Virus record (IMG/VR): IMGVR_UViG_2546826724_000006
Location: 23,029 to 87,028 of that record
From: a virus
Lineage: Duplodnaviria > Caudoviricetes
Reading direction: 5' to 3' (one strand)
Length of the DNA: 64,000 nt
The notes beneath the pieces were generated by a model. The model saw only the letters and a list, made by a program, of their open reading frames with translations, ran no database searches and was not told where the DNA came from. Positions within the stretch are counted from its first letter, which is position 1. Every line of letters begins with the position of its first letter. The position numbers and the translations under genes were made by a program. This document shows positions 38,134 through 48,280 of the stretch, one piece after another.

Positions 38134-40560
38134 ATGGCGACCGTCATCGACAGCCTGATCGTCTCGTTGGGCCTTGACCCCTCTGCCTTCACGAAGGGGC
38201 AGAAGGAGGCCGCTGCCTCCATCGCCAAGACGCGCGAGCAGGCGCAGAAGCACGGCGCTGGTATCGAAAAGAGCATGGACGGCGCGTCCGAGGCAGTGGA
38301 TCGCCTCGCTCGCAACGCCCTCAAGCTGTTTGCGGTCTTCACGGCTGGTCGGGCGATCAAGGATTTCGTCGCCGATGTCACGTCGGCCGACGCGGCTCTC
38401 GGCCGGCTCGCCAAGTCGGTCGGCTCGACGCCCGATGTGATCTCTTCGCTGGGCAACGCAGTCGCCCGCAACGGGGGCTCTGCGACTGCGGCGGCTGGCT
38501 CATTTGAGCGGCTGGCCGACAGCATCAACGAGATCAAGACCACTGGCAACTCGCCGATCCTGCCGTTCCTGTACCGCCTGCAGGGGCTGGGCGGGAAGCA
38601 GATCAACCTCAACAAGGAGCTGTCCGAGACATTCGGCGATCTGGCTGAGAACGCCAAGAACATCGCCGATCGCCAGGGCGTTCCGTTCGCGACCTACCTG
38701 CTGAAGCAGGCCGGCGTTGACCGCGATACGGCAGCCCTACTGGTCAAGGGGCGTGAGGCTTATAACAAGGCGCTCGCCGAGAGCCGTCGGATTGGCATCG
38801 TCCGCAAGGAGGACACTGAGGCCGCTCAGAAGCTTGAGACTTCGCTGGAGAGCCTGCGCCAGACCTCGGAGGGGTTCGGCCGCACGATCCTGACGGCGAT
38901 TACCCCGACCGTCACTGACCTAATTGAGCGGATGCGGGAGTGGATCACCGCCAACCAGGATTGGATCAAGACCGAGATCGTTACCAAGATCCGCGAGTTC
39001 GCGGACTGGCTGAAGAGCATCGACTGGAATTCGATCCTGTCCGGGATCCGCGGGTTCATTCGCGGTGCCGACGATGCGGCCAAGGCGGTCGGTGGCTGGA
39101 AGGTTGTAGCGGAAGCGTTCTTCGCGCTCTGGGCGGCGAGCAAAATGGCGGCGCTATTCGCCCCGCTGCTCCTGCAAATCGCAGGCGTTCGGCTCGCTCT
39201 GCTCGGCCTTGGCCCATTTGGAGCTGCGCTCCTCGGATTGGGTGCGCTAGCAGGCGTCGCCGGTCTCGCGACGGCAGACCAGCTTCCGAAGGTACTTGGG
39301 CGCGAGGGTGCCGCAGGCGTCGATCCTGGAACGGGCGGTGCTACCGAGCGGCCGCCGATGGACCTGTACGGCCAAGAGGGTGGCGCCCGGCCTTGGCTGC
39401 GTCGGCAGTGGAACCGGACGAAGCGGCTGTTCGGTGGCGGCTCGGCTGATGCGGCAGAGGGCGGAGCTGGTATCCGCACTCGGGCAGCCCGTGCCGCCCG
39501 CGGAGATCAGTCTGGAGGTGTGGCCGCCAATCCTGGCGCTTACAAGGATGTTCTTGATCACATCGCCCGAAGCGAAGGAACAGCTAACCAAGCCGGGGGC
39601 GGCTATAACACTTCCCTGGGGTATGGTCGCTATCTCCCGGGAGGGAAGGAGCAGAACCTCACCAGCAAGACGCTGGATGAGATCTTGGAACTCGGCAACC
39701 ATATGCGGAGGCAGCCAGGAAACCCGAACTCCTCTGCAATGGGCCGATATCAGATTGTCGGGAGCACCCTACGTGCTCAGATGCGGCAACTCGGGCTCAA
39801 AGGAAGCGATCTTTTTGACGAGAAGACGCAGGACCGGATCGGGGCCAATTTGGCTCGGCAGCGTGGGGCGAATTCGGTCGGACTTCAGCAGGAGTGGGCA
39901 TCCCTAGTCGGAGCTAAGAACGCTACGGCCGTCGCGCTTATGCAGAAGGTTGATCGGAACGCGTCAACCATCCCGCTGGATCGGCCTTCGGCTCCTTCTC
40001 CCGCAGACACAACGCGGCGCGATGTGCTGGCTGATCCTAACGATGAGCGGCGCAAGATAGAGGCCCAAAAAGTTGCTGAGAGCGTCGCAGCGGCACAGGT
40101 ATTGAAGTCTGTTCAGGAGAGTCAGAAGCAAGGCACTCTAGCGGAACGTGCCGCTGCCGGGAGTGAGTATGGTCCGCAGACTCCATACCCCGGCAGCCGA
40201 TCTATCAAGCAAATGAACGATTGGCTCTGGGACAAGAAAGGACCCCAGCCAATCGACTGGAAGAAAGACCCAGAAACTGGGAACTGGAAGCCCGTTTTCG
40301 CTGGAGGCAAGCCAAGTGCGGCTCTGGGGGCGCAGCGGGCTGGTGCTCAGGCTGCAATTGCTCAGGTACAGGCGGCTCAGACTGCTGCGGTGTCAACCAC
40401 TGCGAATGACAATCGCACGACCTCAAGCGTCGAGAACAACATCAACGGGCCGATCAACATCCATACCGCAGCTACGGACGCTAGCGGGATCGCCCGTGAC
40501 ATTAAGCCAGCCCTCCAGCGGCATGCTTTCGCCGCGGCAGCCAACTACGCGAGAGCCTGA
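38134..40560 (+). CDS. Tape measure protein with lambda R-like lysozyme domain
   Basis: 808 aa; LDHIARSEGT..GYN..SSAMGRYQI..FDEKTQD. Confidence 0.9.
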   Translation: MATVIDSLIVSLGLDPSAFTKGQKEAAASIAKTREQAQKHGAGIEKSMDGASEAVDRLARNALKLFAVFTAGRAIKDFVADVTSADAALGRLAKSVGSTPDVISSLGNAVARNGGSATAAAGSFERLADSINEIKTTGNSPILPFLYRLQGLGGKQINLNKELSETFGDLAENAKNIADRQGVPFATYLLKQAGVDRDTAALLVKGREAYNKALAESRRIGIVRKEDTEAAQKLETSLESLRQTSEGFGRTILTAITPTVTDLIERMREWITANQDWIKTEIVTKIREFADWLKSIDWNSILSGIRGFIRGADDAAKAVGGWKVVAEAFFALWAASKMAALFAPLLLQIAGVRLALLGLGPFGAALLGLGALAGVAGLATADQLPKVLGREGAAGVDPGTGGATERPPMDLYGQEGGARPWLRRQWNRTKRLFGGGSADAAEGGAGIRTRAARAARGDQSGGVAANPGAYKDVLDHIARSEGTANQAGGGYNTSLGYGRYLPGGKEQNLTSKTLDEILELGNHMRRQPGNPNSSAMGRYQIVGSTLRAQMRQLGLKGSDLFDEKTQDRIGANLARQRGANSVGLQQEWASLVGAKNATAVALMQKVDRNASTIPLDRPSAPSPADTTRRDVLADPNDERRKIEAQKVAESVAAAQVLKSVQESQKQGTLAERAAAGSEYGPQTPYPGSRSIKQMNDWLWDKKGPQPIDWKKDPETGNWKPVFAGGKPSAALGAQRAGAQAAIAQVQAAQTAAVSTTANDNRTTSSVENNINGPINIHTAATDASGIARDIKPALQRHAFAAAANYARA

Positions 40561-40570
40561 CACTTCGGGT

Positions 40571-40963
40571 TCAAGATGGTGGGCGACCGTCGTAAACATC
40601 ATCTTGATGCTTGATGATCGCCGCGCGAGAAAGAACTGATCCGCCGACCTGAATGCGGTCAATCTCAAGATAGCCGGCGCCGACAAACTGGCCATCATAG
40701 ACGAAGCGGTTCCGAGCGGCGTTCTGGCAGACGATGTGTATGTGGCGCTTGCGCTTGTCTTGCGCGTCGCAGGAGTAGCCAGCCTCTTGAAGACGTTGAA
40801 AATACCGGACGGTTGTGCGGTCGCCGGACAGCCCCTCACCGGGTGCCTCGGCCATAGGGGTATTCGGAAATGACAAGGCGGGGTGCTGTTCCCACGGCAT
40901 CGCTTGGGCTAAAGACGTTGAGGCAGACAGAACGGCTGTAGCCAAAGCAAAAGCGTAACGCAT
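40571..40963 (-). CDS. Small secreted protein
   Basis: Signal peptide MRYAFALATAVLSASTSLA; TAATG coupling to upstream gene. Confidence 0.7.
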   Translation of the reverse strand: MRYAFALATAVLSASTSLAQAMPWEQHPALSFPNTPMAEAPGEGLSGDRTTVRYFQRLQEAGYSCDAQDKRKRHIHIVCQNAARNRFVYDGQFVGAGYLEIDRIQVGGSVLSRAAIIKHQDDVYDGRPPS

Positions 40964-41358
40964 TACGGCATCCTCTGCTCTAAGGCAGCTCGCCTGATTT
41001 CCAGAACGGCAGCCGGATTGTCTTTCCAATAATCGCACCCTGTCGAGCGCGCGAACTGCGGGCCTTCTGCCAAAATCTGATTGATGGCCCGTTCCATCGA
41101 CTCGTATGGCTCCGGCTTGTTGACGAAATAGAACCGGTTCTGAGCGATAGCACCGTATGCGAGGCTTTTGGTGGGGAGTGCTCCACACGCGATTGCGTAG
41201 GAATAGGCACGCACGCCATCCAAGAACGCGTCGTACCGAGCCTGAAGCTGCTTCCGAGCTTCTTGCGCCACCGCGCCAGCATACGGATCCGCACTCTGAG
41301 CCCGAACGGGGCCAGAGGCGATCAGAACAGAACACAGAAGCACGGCCGCCGAGCGCAT
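40963..41358 (-). CDS. Small secreted protein
   Basis: Signal peptide MRSAAVLLCSVLIASGPVRA; Cys pair. Confidence 0.7.
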   Translation of the reverse strand: MRSAAVLLCSVLIASGPVRAQSADPYAGAVAQEARKQLQARYDAFLDGVRAYSYAIACGALPTKSLAYGAIAQNRFYFVNKPEPYESMERAINQILAEGPQFARSTGCDYWKDNPAAVLEIRRAALEQRMP

Positions 41359-41411
41359 CGGCCCAAGATGGGCGCGGCCCGTAAACCCGTCGAGGGGAAC
41401 GGAACTGGAAC

Positions 41412-42335
41412 GTGCCTGAACTCGTGAACGTGCCTGATGTCGACGGGGTCCCCGCGGTCGCTTTTGCGGCTGGCGTTGGCGCCGGCATCGCCCTCGTGGC
41501 TGCCGATGCGCTCGGATTGCCTCTCTTCGGCTCCATTGGCACGCAGTGGGGCATCTTTCGCCAGGGGCGCCCTGTCGTCGTCTGTGACAACGTCGCGGCC
41601 TTCGACCACAAGGCGGATTGGGCGATCTCCGACTACCCTGTCGAGGGGGGGCAGTTTGAGAGCTACAACAAGGTCACGATCCCCTACGATGTCCGGATGG
41701 TGTTCACGGCCGGCGGCTCGGAAGCGAACCGCACGGCCCTGCTGAACAGCCTGCGCGCGATCGTCGGCGACCTGAACTTCTACGACGCGGTCAGCCCCGA
41801 GGCGGTCTACACCCCGGTCAACCTTGTCCACCTCGACTATCGCCGCACGGCGCAGAATGGTGTCGGCCTCCTGGTCGTGTCCGTCTGGTGCCGACAGGTC
41901 CGGCAGGTTGCCTCAAGCCAGACGGGGGCGGCCGGGGGTGCGGATGCGAGCGGCACCGATACGCCAAGCGCGACGGGCAGCGTCGGTGAAACCGCCAGCC
42001 CCTCTGGCGCCGACCAGACAAACAGCGGCGCGGTGCAGGCCACGGACATCGGTTCGCAACCCAACGCGACTGCCACCCTCACGCCAAGCGCACCCAACAC
42101 GGTGGCGACCGAACTGACGGGCACGAACGCGACGGCGACGACGCTCGGCGCTTCGGTCACGGCGACTCCTATTGAGGGCACGGTGATCGGCGCGACGTCT
42201 CAAGGCACCCCGCTTTCCGGTGCGACTGAGCTGTCACCGTCTGTGACCGCGGCCGTCCCGTACTCCTCTTCGACCATCAGCGGACTGCAGGCTGCCGGTC
42301 CGGACCAGTACAGCATGTTCGGGGTGTCGCCCTAG
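41412..42335 (+). CDS. Dit-like baseplate/tube initiator with Thr/Ser-rich tail
   Basis: ISDYPVEGG.FESYNKV..P. Confidence 0.8.
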   Translation: MPELVNVPDVDGVPAVAFAAGVGAGIALVAADALGLPLFGSIGTQWGIFRQGRPVVVCDNVAAFDHKADWAISDYPVEGGQFESYNKVTIPYDVRMVFTAGGSEANRTALLNSLRAIVGDLNFYDAVSPEAVYTPVNLVHLDYRRTAQNGVGLLVVSVWCRQVRQVASSQTGAAGGADASGTDTPSATGSVGETASPSGADQTNSGAVQATDIGSQPNATATLTPSAPNTVATELTGTNATATTLGASVTATPIEGTVIGATSQGTPLSGATELSPSVTAAVPYSSSTISGLQAAGPDQYSMFGVSP

Positions 42336-42337
42336 CC

Positions 42338-42646
42338 ATGCAGATCATCCCGATCCAGGCCGAGCCGAACCAGGCCATCACCGTCACGCTGGCGAACCAA
42401 GCGTGTCAGATCAACGTCTATCAGAAGCTCTACGGCCTGTTCGTGGACCTGTATGTGTCTGGCGCTTTAGTCGTCGCTGGGGCGCCAGCCTTGGATCGTA
42501 ATCTCATCGTGCGGTCGACCTACCTCGGATTTGCCGGCGATTTGGTCTTCATCGACACGCAGGGAACTGACGACCCGACGTACAGCGGCCTCGGGTCGCG
42601 GTTCCAGCTTGCCTATGTCGAAGCGAGCGAACTGATCGCCGCATGA
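42338..42646 (+). CDS. Small baseplate protein
   Basis: IPIQAEPNQ, YLGFAGDL.FIDTQG..DP..GLGSRF. Confidence 0.75.
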   Translation: MQIIPIQAEPNQAITVTLANQACQINVYQKLYGLFVDLYVSGALVVAGAPALDRNLIVRSTYLGFAGDLVFIDTQGTDDPTYSGLGSRFQLAYVEASELIAA

Positions 42647-43506
42647 GCTTCAAAGCCAAGCACCTCGACTTCACGCTGACCCTCAAGAACGGCAACTTCG
42701 GCAAGGGCGGCAACACCGCTCAGATCACCGGCCATCGCGCGACGGTCGACATCGTCAAGCCCGGCGGCTCTGACATGGGGCAGATGGAGGCGGCCATCTA
42801 CGGCTTGCCGCTGTCGCTGATGAACCAGCTCACCACGCTGGGGACCCAGGTCAACCTGATGGACAAGAATACCGTGGTGGTGAAGGCCTACGAAGACGGC
42901 CAACAGCCCACGGTGGTGTTCCAGGGCACGATCAGCCTCGCCTACGCCGACATGCGGGGCATGCCTCAGGTCTGCTTCCGGATCTCAGCCCACGCCGGCC
43001 TGTACGAGGCAGGCGCGCCCAACGAGCCGATCAGCGTCAAAGGCTCGGCCGACGTCGCCAAAACCATGGAGCAGGCCGCCAAACAGGTCGGGCTCCAGTT
43101 TGAGAACAATGGCGTCGATACGAAGGTGATGAACCCCTACCTGCCAGGCAACCCGCGCTCTCAGATGAAAGCGCTGGCGCAGATGGCCGGCATCGGGTGG
43201 GTGATCGACAACGGTACGCTCGCCATCTGGCCCGCCGGCAAGTCTCGCAAGGGTGAGACGCCCGTGATCCAGCCTCCTGAGATGGTCGGCTATCCTGCGT
43301 TCACACAGTCGGGCGTCGAGGTGACGACGCTGTTCAACCCGCAGGTCAAGTACGCGGGGACCATTGAGGTCAAGAGCGCGATCAAGCCGGCCTGCGGGAA
43401 GTGGAACATCATCTCCATCGCCATGGCGCTGGACGCTGAGATCCCCAACGGCCGCTGGTTCCAGATCCTGTCGACAACATCGGTAGGCGTGCAGGGGCGG
43501 CCATGA
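42643..43506 (+). CDS. Baseplate hub
   Basis: Position before spike; IYGL, FENNGV, MVGYP. Confidence 0.85.
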   Translation: MSFKAKHLDFTLTLKNGNFGKGGNTAQITGHRATVDIVKPGGSDMGQMEAAIYGLPLSLMNQLTTLGTQVNLMDKNTVVVKAYEDGQQPTVVFQGTISLAYADMRGMPQVCFRISAHAGLYEAGAPNEPISVKGSADVAKTMEQAAKQVGLQFENNGVDTKVMNPYLPGNPRSQMKALAQMAGIGWVIDNGTLAIWPAGKSRKGETPVIQPPEMVGYPAFTQSGVEVTTLFNPQVKYAGTIEVKSAIKPACGKWNIISIAMALDAEIPNGRWFQILSTTSVGVQGRP

Positions 43507-44201
43507 GTGGCGGCGCAGGGAATAGCGACAGCATCGTCGGCCAGAACCCGATCACGGGGTCGACGTCGCAGTTCAACCAGCACGACACCCAGATCGACCA
43601 GATCATGGGCGAGAAGCGGTTTCACTTCGTCGCCAAGGTCGTCAAGGTCTACAACCGCAACAGCCTCACCAAGCCCTGCACGGTCGACATTCAGCCCGTC
43701 GTCAAGATGACGGACGGCGCTGGCAAGGCAACATCGCACGGCACGATCTACGGCGTGCCGGTGCCGCGCAACCAGTCGGGCGACAGCGTCATCGTCAACG
43801 ACCCGAATGTCGGTGATGTGGCCAGCTTTTCGGTGCTGGACCGGGATCACTCCTCATCGCAGGCCAACGACTGGAAAGAGGCCAACCCCGGCTCAAACCG
43901 CCGATCCAACATGTCGGATGCGGTGTTCGGGAAGGTGCTTCCCCGCGAGGCGCAGGAGGTCAAGCAGTTCATCCGGTTCGACGATGCCGATGGCGGCGGC
44001 GGGATGACGATCCAGGACCGCAATGGCAACAAGCTCGTTTCGAACCAGTCCGATGGCTGGAACCTGAACGGCGTCAAGATCGACAAGAACGGCAAGTTGA
44101 CCGCGCCCGGCGACATCGTGGCGGGGCAGGGGGGAGCGGATCAGGTCTCCCTGCAGAGCCACATCCACGGCACCAGCCCAGCTCCGAACCCGGGAACGTA
44201 G
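43503..44201 (+). CDS. Baseplate spike (Gp138-like)
   Basis: TVDIQP, VGD..DRD, SDA; terminal SHIH metal-binding motif. Confidence 0.88.
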   Translation: MSGGAGNSDSIVGQNPITGSTSQFNQHDTQIDQIMGEKRFHFVAKVVKVYNRNSLTKPCTVDIQPVVKMTDGAGKATSHGTIYGVPVPRNQSGDSVIVNDPNVGDVASFSVLDRDHSSSQANDWKEANPGSNRRSNMSDAVFGKVLPREAQEVKQFIRFDDADGGGGMTIQDRNGNKLVSNQSDGWNLNGVKIDKNGKLTAPGDIVAGQGGADQVSLQSHIHGTSPAPNPGT

Positions 44202-44204
44202 CCG

Positions 44205-44558
44205 ATGGCCTCTACGCTGCTTCTGGACCAGCAGGGGTGGGATCTCGCCCTCGACGTATCGGGCAACATCGCCGTTGCAACGGAGCCCTACGCGCAGGCG
44301 CAGGACGCGGCCTCCTCCATGCGGACGTTCGCGGGCGAGGTCTGGTACGATAGAAATCGCGGCGTGCCCTATTGGGAGCAGATCCTCGGCCATTACCCGC
44401 CGGTCTCGCTGATGCGGACCTATCTTGAGGGCGCGGCTCTCCTCGTGCCGGGCGTCGTCAAAGCCCGCGCGTTCTTCACCGGCTTCGCTGATCGGCGGCT
44501 CACCGGTCAAGTCCAGATCCAAGACGCGTCCGGTCAGGTCTCCGCGACGGGCTTCTGA
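44205..44558 (+). CDS. Baseplate wedge/sheath initiator
   Basis: WDLALD.SGNIA, F.GEVWYD..GVPY. Confidence 0.8.
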   Translation: MASTLLLDQQGWDLALDVSGNIAVATEPYAQAQDAASSMRTFAGEVWYDRNRGVPYWEQILGHYPPVSLMRTYLEGAALLVPGVVKARAFFTGFADRRLTGQVQIQDASGQVSATGF

Positions 44559-44564
44559 GGTAGC

Positions 44565-45998
44565 ATGACATCCTCAAACGTTCCGGCGCCTACCTTCGGG
44601 GCGGGCGGCTTCATCGCGCCCCTAGAGAGCGACATCCTCGCTGGGCGCATCGCCGATTTCCAGGAGGTCTTCGAGGGCAACCTCAACCCTGATCTGGCGA
44701 GCCCCCAGGGGCAGCTCGCGATGTCCGACACCGCCATCATAGGCGCGGTGATGGACATGTTTCTGTTCTACACGTCCCAGGTGGACCCTGCCTTCGCGCA
44801 GGGCCGCATGCAGGACGGCATCGGGCGCATCTACTTCATCGAGCGCAATCCCGCGCAGCCGACCGCCGTCCAATGCACGGTGATCGGCGCGCAGGGCGTG
44901 ACCATCCCGGTCGGAGCCCTCGCGCAGGACGCGGCGGGGAACACCTACATCTGCACGCAAGCCGGCACCTTCGACGCGACCGGCACGATGACGCTGACGT
45001 TCGCCAATAAGGAGGTCGGACCGATCCCGTGCCCGGCCGGCACGCTGACGACGATCTATCAGGCAATCCCTGGCTGGGACACGATCGCGAACCCGGCGGA
45101 TGGCGTGCCAGGCACGCTTGTGGAAAGCCGCACGGCCTTTGAGGCGCGGCGTCGCCTCGCGGTGGCTCAGAACTCGCTGGGCTCCATCCCGTCCGTCCTC
45201 GGCGCCGTGCTGAACGTGGACGGCGTCACCGACGCCTTCGTGACGGAGAACAGCGCGAACAGCCCGCAGGTCATCGGGGGCGTGTCGCTCGCTCCGAACA
45301 GCCTCTACGTTGCGGTGACGGGCGGGGCTGCCGCGGACATCGGTCGCGCAATCTGGACCCGCAAGGCACCGGGCACGACGCTGAACGGCAACACTTCCGT
45401 TCAGATCCAAGACACGCAGAGCGGTTACGTGCCGCCATACCCGACCTATTCGGTTAGCTTCACCCGACCGAACGCGACGAGCGTCTACTTCTCGGTCATC
45501 CTCGCTAACAGCGTCGGCGTGCCGGCGGATGTGGCGATCCAGGTGCAGAACGCCATCATTGACGCCTTCGCCGGCCTTGATGGTGGCCCTAGGGCGCGTA
45601 TCGCCAGCACGGTCTTTGCCTCGCGGTTCTATGCGACCGTTGCGGCGCTCGGCGCCTGGGCCAAGATCGTTGAGATCAAGATCGGGTCGATCAACACCCC
45701 CTCTGCAACCTTCGTTGGATCAATCTCGGGCAACGTGCTCACGGTCACCTCGGTGACGAGCGGTGCTCTAGCGGTCGGTCAGATCATAGACGACGCGACG
45801 GGCGCTCTCGTTGAGGGCACGTCCATCATCGCGCTGGGCACCGGCACGGGGGGCACCGGCACGTACACGGTCTCGTCCAGCCAGACGGTCGGCACCGAGG
45901 CGATGATCGCGGCGACTGCCAGTCAGGATCGGGTGCAGATGAACCTGAACCAGATCCCGACAGTCTCGGCGGCCGACATCTCGGTGACGCTGGCCTAA
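44565..45998 (+). CDS. Baseplate J-like protein
   Basis: SPQGQLA, DP..A.GRMQDGIG.IYF, ESR..FE.RR. Confidence 0.9.
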   Translation: MTSSNVPAPTFGAGGFIAPLESDILAGRIADFQEVFEGNLNPDLASPQGQLAMSDTAIIGAVMDMFLFYTSQVDPAFAQGRMQDGIGRIYFIERNPAQPTAVQCTVIGAQGVTIPVGALAQDAAGNTYICTQAGTFDATGTMTLTFANKEVGPIPCPAGTLTTIYQAIPGWDTIANPADGVPGTLVESRTAFEARRRLAVAQNSLGSIPSVLGAVLNVDGVTDAFVTENSANSPQVIGGVSLAPNSLYVAVTGGAAADIGRAIWTRKAPGTTLNGNTSVQIQDTQSGYVPPYPTYSVSFTRPNATSVYFSVILANSVGVPADVAIQVQNAIIDAFAGLDGGPRARIASTVFASRFYATVAALGAWAKIVEIKIGSINTPSATFVGSISGNVLTVTSVTSGALAVGQIIDDATGALVEGTSIIALGTGTGGTGTYTVSSSQTVGTEAMIAATASQDRVQMNLNQIPTVSAADISVTLA

Positions 45999-46001
45999 TC
46001 G

Positions 46002-46880
46002 ATGAGCGGAGACGTCAACAACTGGCCGTACCCGGCGCCCCCGGGGCCGGGGTCAAACGCTGTCGGTGTTGGGGCGATCGGCGTCGCCCCTCTCGGTACG
46101 CTGCCGGCGTTCGACTGGCGTCAGACCATCCTCAGTCAGTACGCCAACAGCGACCGCATCATCGGGCTGATTGAGACATTCTTCGACGCCGTCGACCAGA
46201 CAGAGGACTTCGACGCCTTCCACGACAACATCTGGAACCTGAACACCGCCACTGGCTATGGCCTCGACATCTGGGGTCGCATCGTCGGTGTGAACCGGGT
46301 TCTGCAGGTCGCCAACGTTGGATGGTTCGGGTTCGTCGAAGCTCTGCCTGGATCTCTGCCATTTGGAGATGCGCAGTTCGCCGGGTTCTCGCCATCCCTC
46401 GGTTTTTCCGAAGCGATTGACCAAGCCCCTTTCGGAGAGGGCACGTTTGCCTTCGCCAAGCTGTTTCAGGGCGTCAATCCGGACAGTGGGGCGGGCGCTT
46501 TCTATCCGGGCGGTCAGCTCACCAGCAACTACACGCTTTCCGATGAGCAATATCGCCGACTGATCTACGCCAAGGCGCGAGCCAATATCGCAGACGGCTC
46601 GATCCCGACGCTCAACATGATCCTGCTGAGCATCTATCCGGGCCGCGGCAACGTCTACGTTCAGGAAGGCATGGTGCCGACGTTCTTCGGGTTCTCCGAG
46701 GCCGGCAACACCGCCCCATTCGGACAGGCCGCCTTCTACAACGGCCAGACCATCCCGACGATGCAATACCAGATCGTGTTCCGGTTTCAGCCGTCGCCGA
46801 TCGACCTCGCCATCGTCCAAAACTCCGGCGTGCTGCCCAAACCTACGGGCGTCGCCTCCTCCATCTCCATCCAATCTTGA
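46002..46880 (+). CDS. Baseplate wedge protein, DUF2612
   Basis: SQYANS, TA.GYGLDIWGRIVG, LSDEQYR.LI..KA, LPKPTGV. Confidence 0.88.
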   Translation: MSGDVNNWPYPAPPGPGSNAVGVGAIGVAPLGTLPAFDWRQTILSQYANSDRIIGLIETFFDAVDQTEDFDAFHDNIWNLNTATGYGLDIWGRIVGVNRVLQVANVGWFGFVEALPGSLPFGDAQFAGFSPSLGFSEAIDQAPFGEGTFAFAKLFQGVNPDSGAGAFYPGGQLTSNYTLSDEQYRRLIYAKARANIADGSIPTLNMILLSIYPGRGNVYVQEGMVPTFFGFSEAGNTAPFGQAAFYNGQTIPTMQYQIVFRFQPSPIDLAIVQNSGVLPKPTGVASSISIQS

Positions 46881-46890
46881 GCCGAGAGCG

Positions 46891-47781
46891 ATGCAGGCAA
46901 GTCAGATCCCGGCGAAATTCACTGCCGTTTGGGGCAATGCGGCCGGCAACGGCTACATTCGCACAATCCCGGCGTCCTCGCAGATCAACGTCACTCCTGG
47001 CGCTGCATCGCTCGCGGATGGCTTCCCGCCGCTCTGCTTTACGCCCGTCGGCTCTGGTGGCATCCCGCCGGCCGGGCAGGACTTCAACGGCATCCTGAAC
47101 CAGATCACCGCGTGGTCGCGTTGGCAGGCTGCCGGAGCACTCCCGCAGTACGATTTGGCATTTGCGCAGGCGATCGGCGGCTACCCGATGGGCGCCGTAG
47201 TTGCGTCTTCCACGCCCGGGAAGGTGTGGCTCTCCACCTCCGACAACAATCAGACTAACCCCGACAGCGGCTCGTCTGCTGGATGGATCGGTTTGTCTCC
47301 CAGCGCGGCGAAGACGCCGTTCAACTATCAGTACGTCACCTCGTCGACACGCACGGACGCGAGTGCGAGCGGCGCAAGTGTTCTGGTTCCAGTGGTCACG
47401 GGCTTGGGCTTTGTCAAAAAGAGCGCCACGTCAAATCTGGTCATCGTTTCCAATTTCACCAGCTATGCCCCTGTTATTCCGGGTCAGGCTAACGGCGCCT
47501 CAACGGTTAGGCTGATCGTCAGCAATGGTACGTCTCAGGACGTGGCGTTGAATAGCGTCTTCAACACCGCGAATGGTGCACCTGGCGGTAGTGGCAGCAA
47601 CTCCCCGACCTTCGTGCTTCCCGGCGTGCCTGCAGGAACCATGACGTTTGGTCTGTCGTATTTCCGCGGCGATAATCTGGCTTGGCGGACCATTTTCAAT
47701 CCGTATCCAGCAGACTTTGGAACGACTGGCCCTAATCCTTACACCTCATACTTTATCTATGAGTTCGAGCCGGGCTCTTGA
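46891..47781 (+). CDS. Tail fibre protein
   Basis: GFPPL..GGIPP.GQDFNGIL, IGGYP.GA N-terminal anchor. Confidence 0.8.
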   Translation: MQASQIPAKFTAVWGNAAGNGYIRTIPASSQINVTPGAASLADGFPPLCFTPVGSGGIPPAGQDFNGILNQITAWSRWQAAGALPQYDLAFAQAIGGYPMGAVVASSTPGKVWLSTSDNNQTNPDSGSSAGWIGLSPSAAKTPFNYQYVTSSTRTDASASGASVLVPVVTGLGFVKKSATSNLVIVSNFTSYAPVIPGQANGASTVRLIVSNGTSQDVALNSVFNTANGAPGGSGSNSPTFVLPGVPAGTMTFGLSYFRGDNLAWRTIFNPYPADFGTTGPNPYTSYFIYEFEPGS

Positions 47782-47833
47782 TCTTGCCTGATGCCGTAAA
47801 CCCAATTGCTAAATTATCAGAGGTCTCTACGCG

Positions 47834-48268
47834 ATGGCTGAGCCGCTTGACGATCCGCAAGAAATTGAGCCTAACTACGACGAAGAGGGACTGCGTCAAC
47901 TTTCATTGACGCAGAACGGCGTCGCCGGGATCCGCCGCATACAGGGATCTTCGGGGGAAATTACGGGCTTCCTGAGCCTCTATCCCCTCGACCTGAAGGG
48001 CTACAAGCCGCCGTCCGCGCAGTCCGGTCCGACACAGATCCCGTTCCTCGGCTTCCTTGCCCTGTTCACGCAGGCCGAGCAGACCGCCATCGTCGGTTCG
48101 GATGACGTGCGCGTGCGCCTGTTCTGCCTGATGGCGGCTGGGGCCAACTTTGTGGACCTGACGGATCCTCGCGTCATCCAGGGTGCGCAGCTTCTGGAGA
48201 CCCTTGGCCTCATCAAGAAGGGCCGCGCCGCGTCAGTGCTCGCCGGCCAGTCGCCTTCCGCCTCCTGA
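47834..48268 (+). CDS. Fibre-associated hypothetical protein
   Basis: FLALFTQAEQ..VDLTDP..GLI..RA..VL. Confidence 0.65.
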   Translation: MAEPLDDPQEIEPNYDEEGLRQLSLTQNGVAGIRRIQGSSGEITGFLSLYPLDLKGYKPPSAQSGPTQIPFLGFLALFTQAEQTAIVGSDDVRVRLFCLMAAGANFVDLTDPRVIQGAQLLETLGLIKKGRAASVLAGQSPSAS

Positions 48269-48280
48269 CCTGAGCCGATC

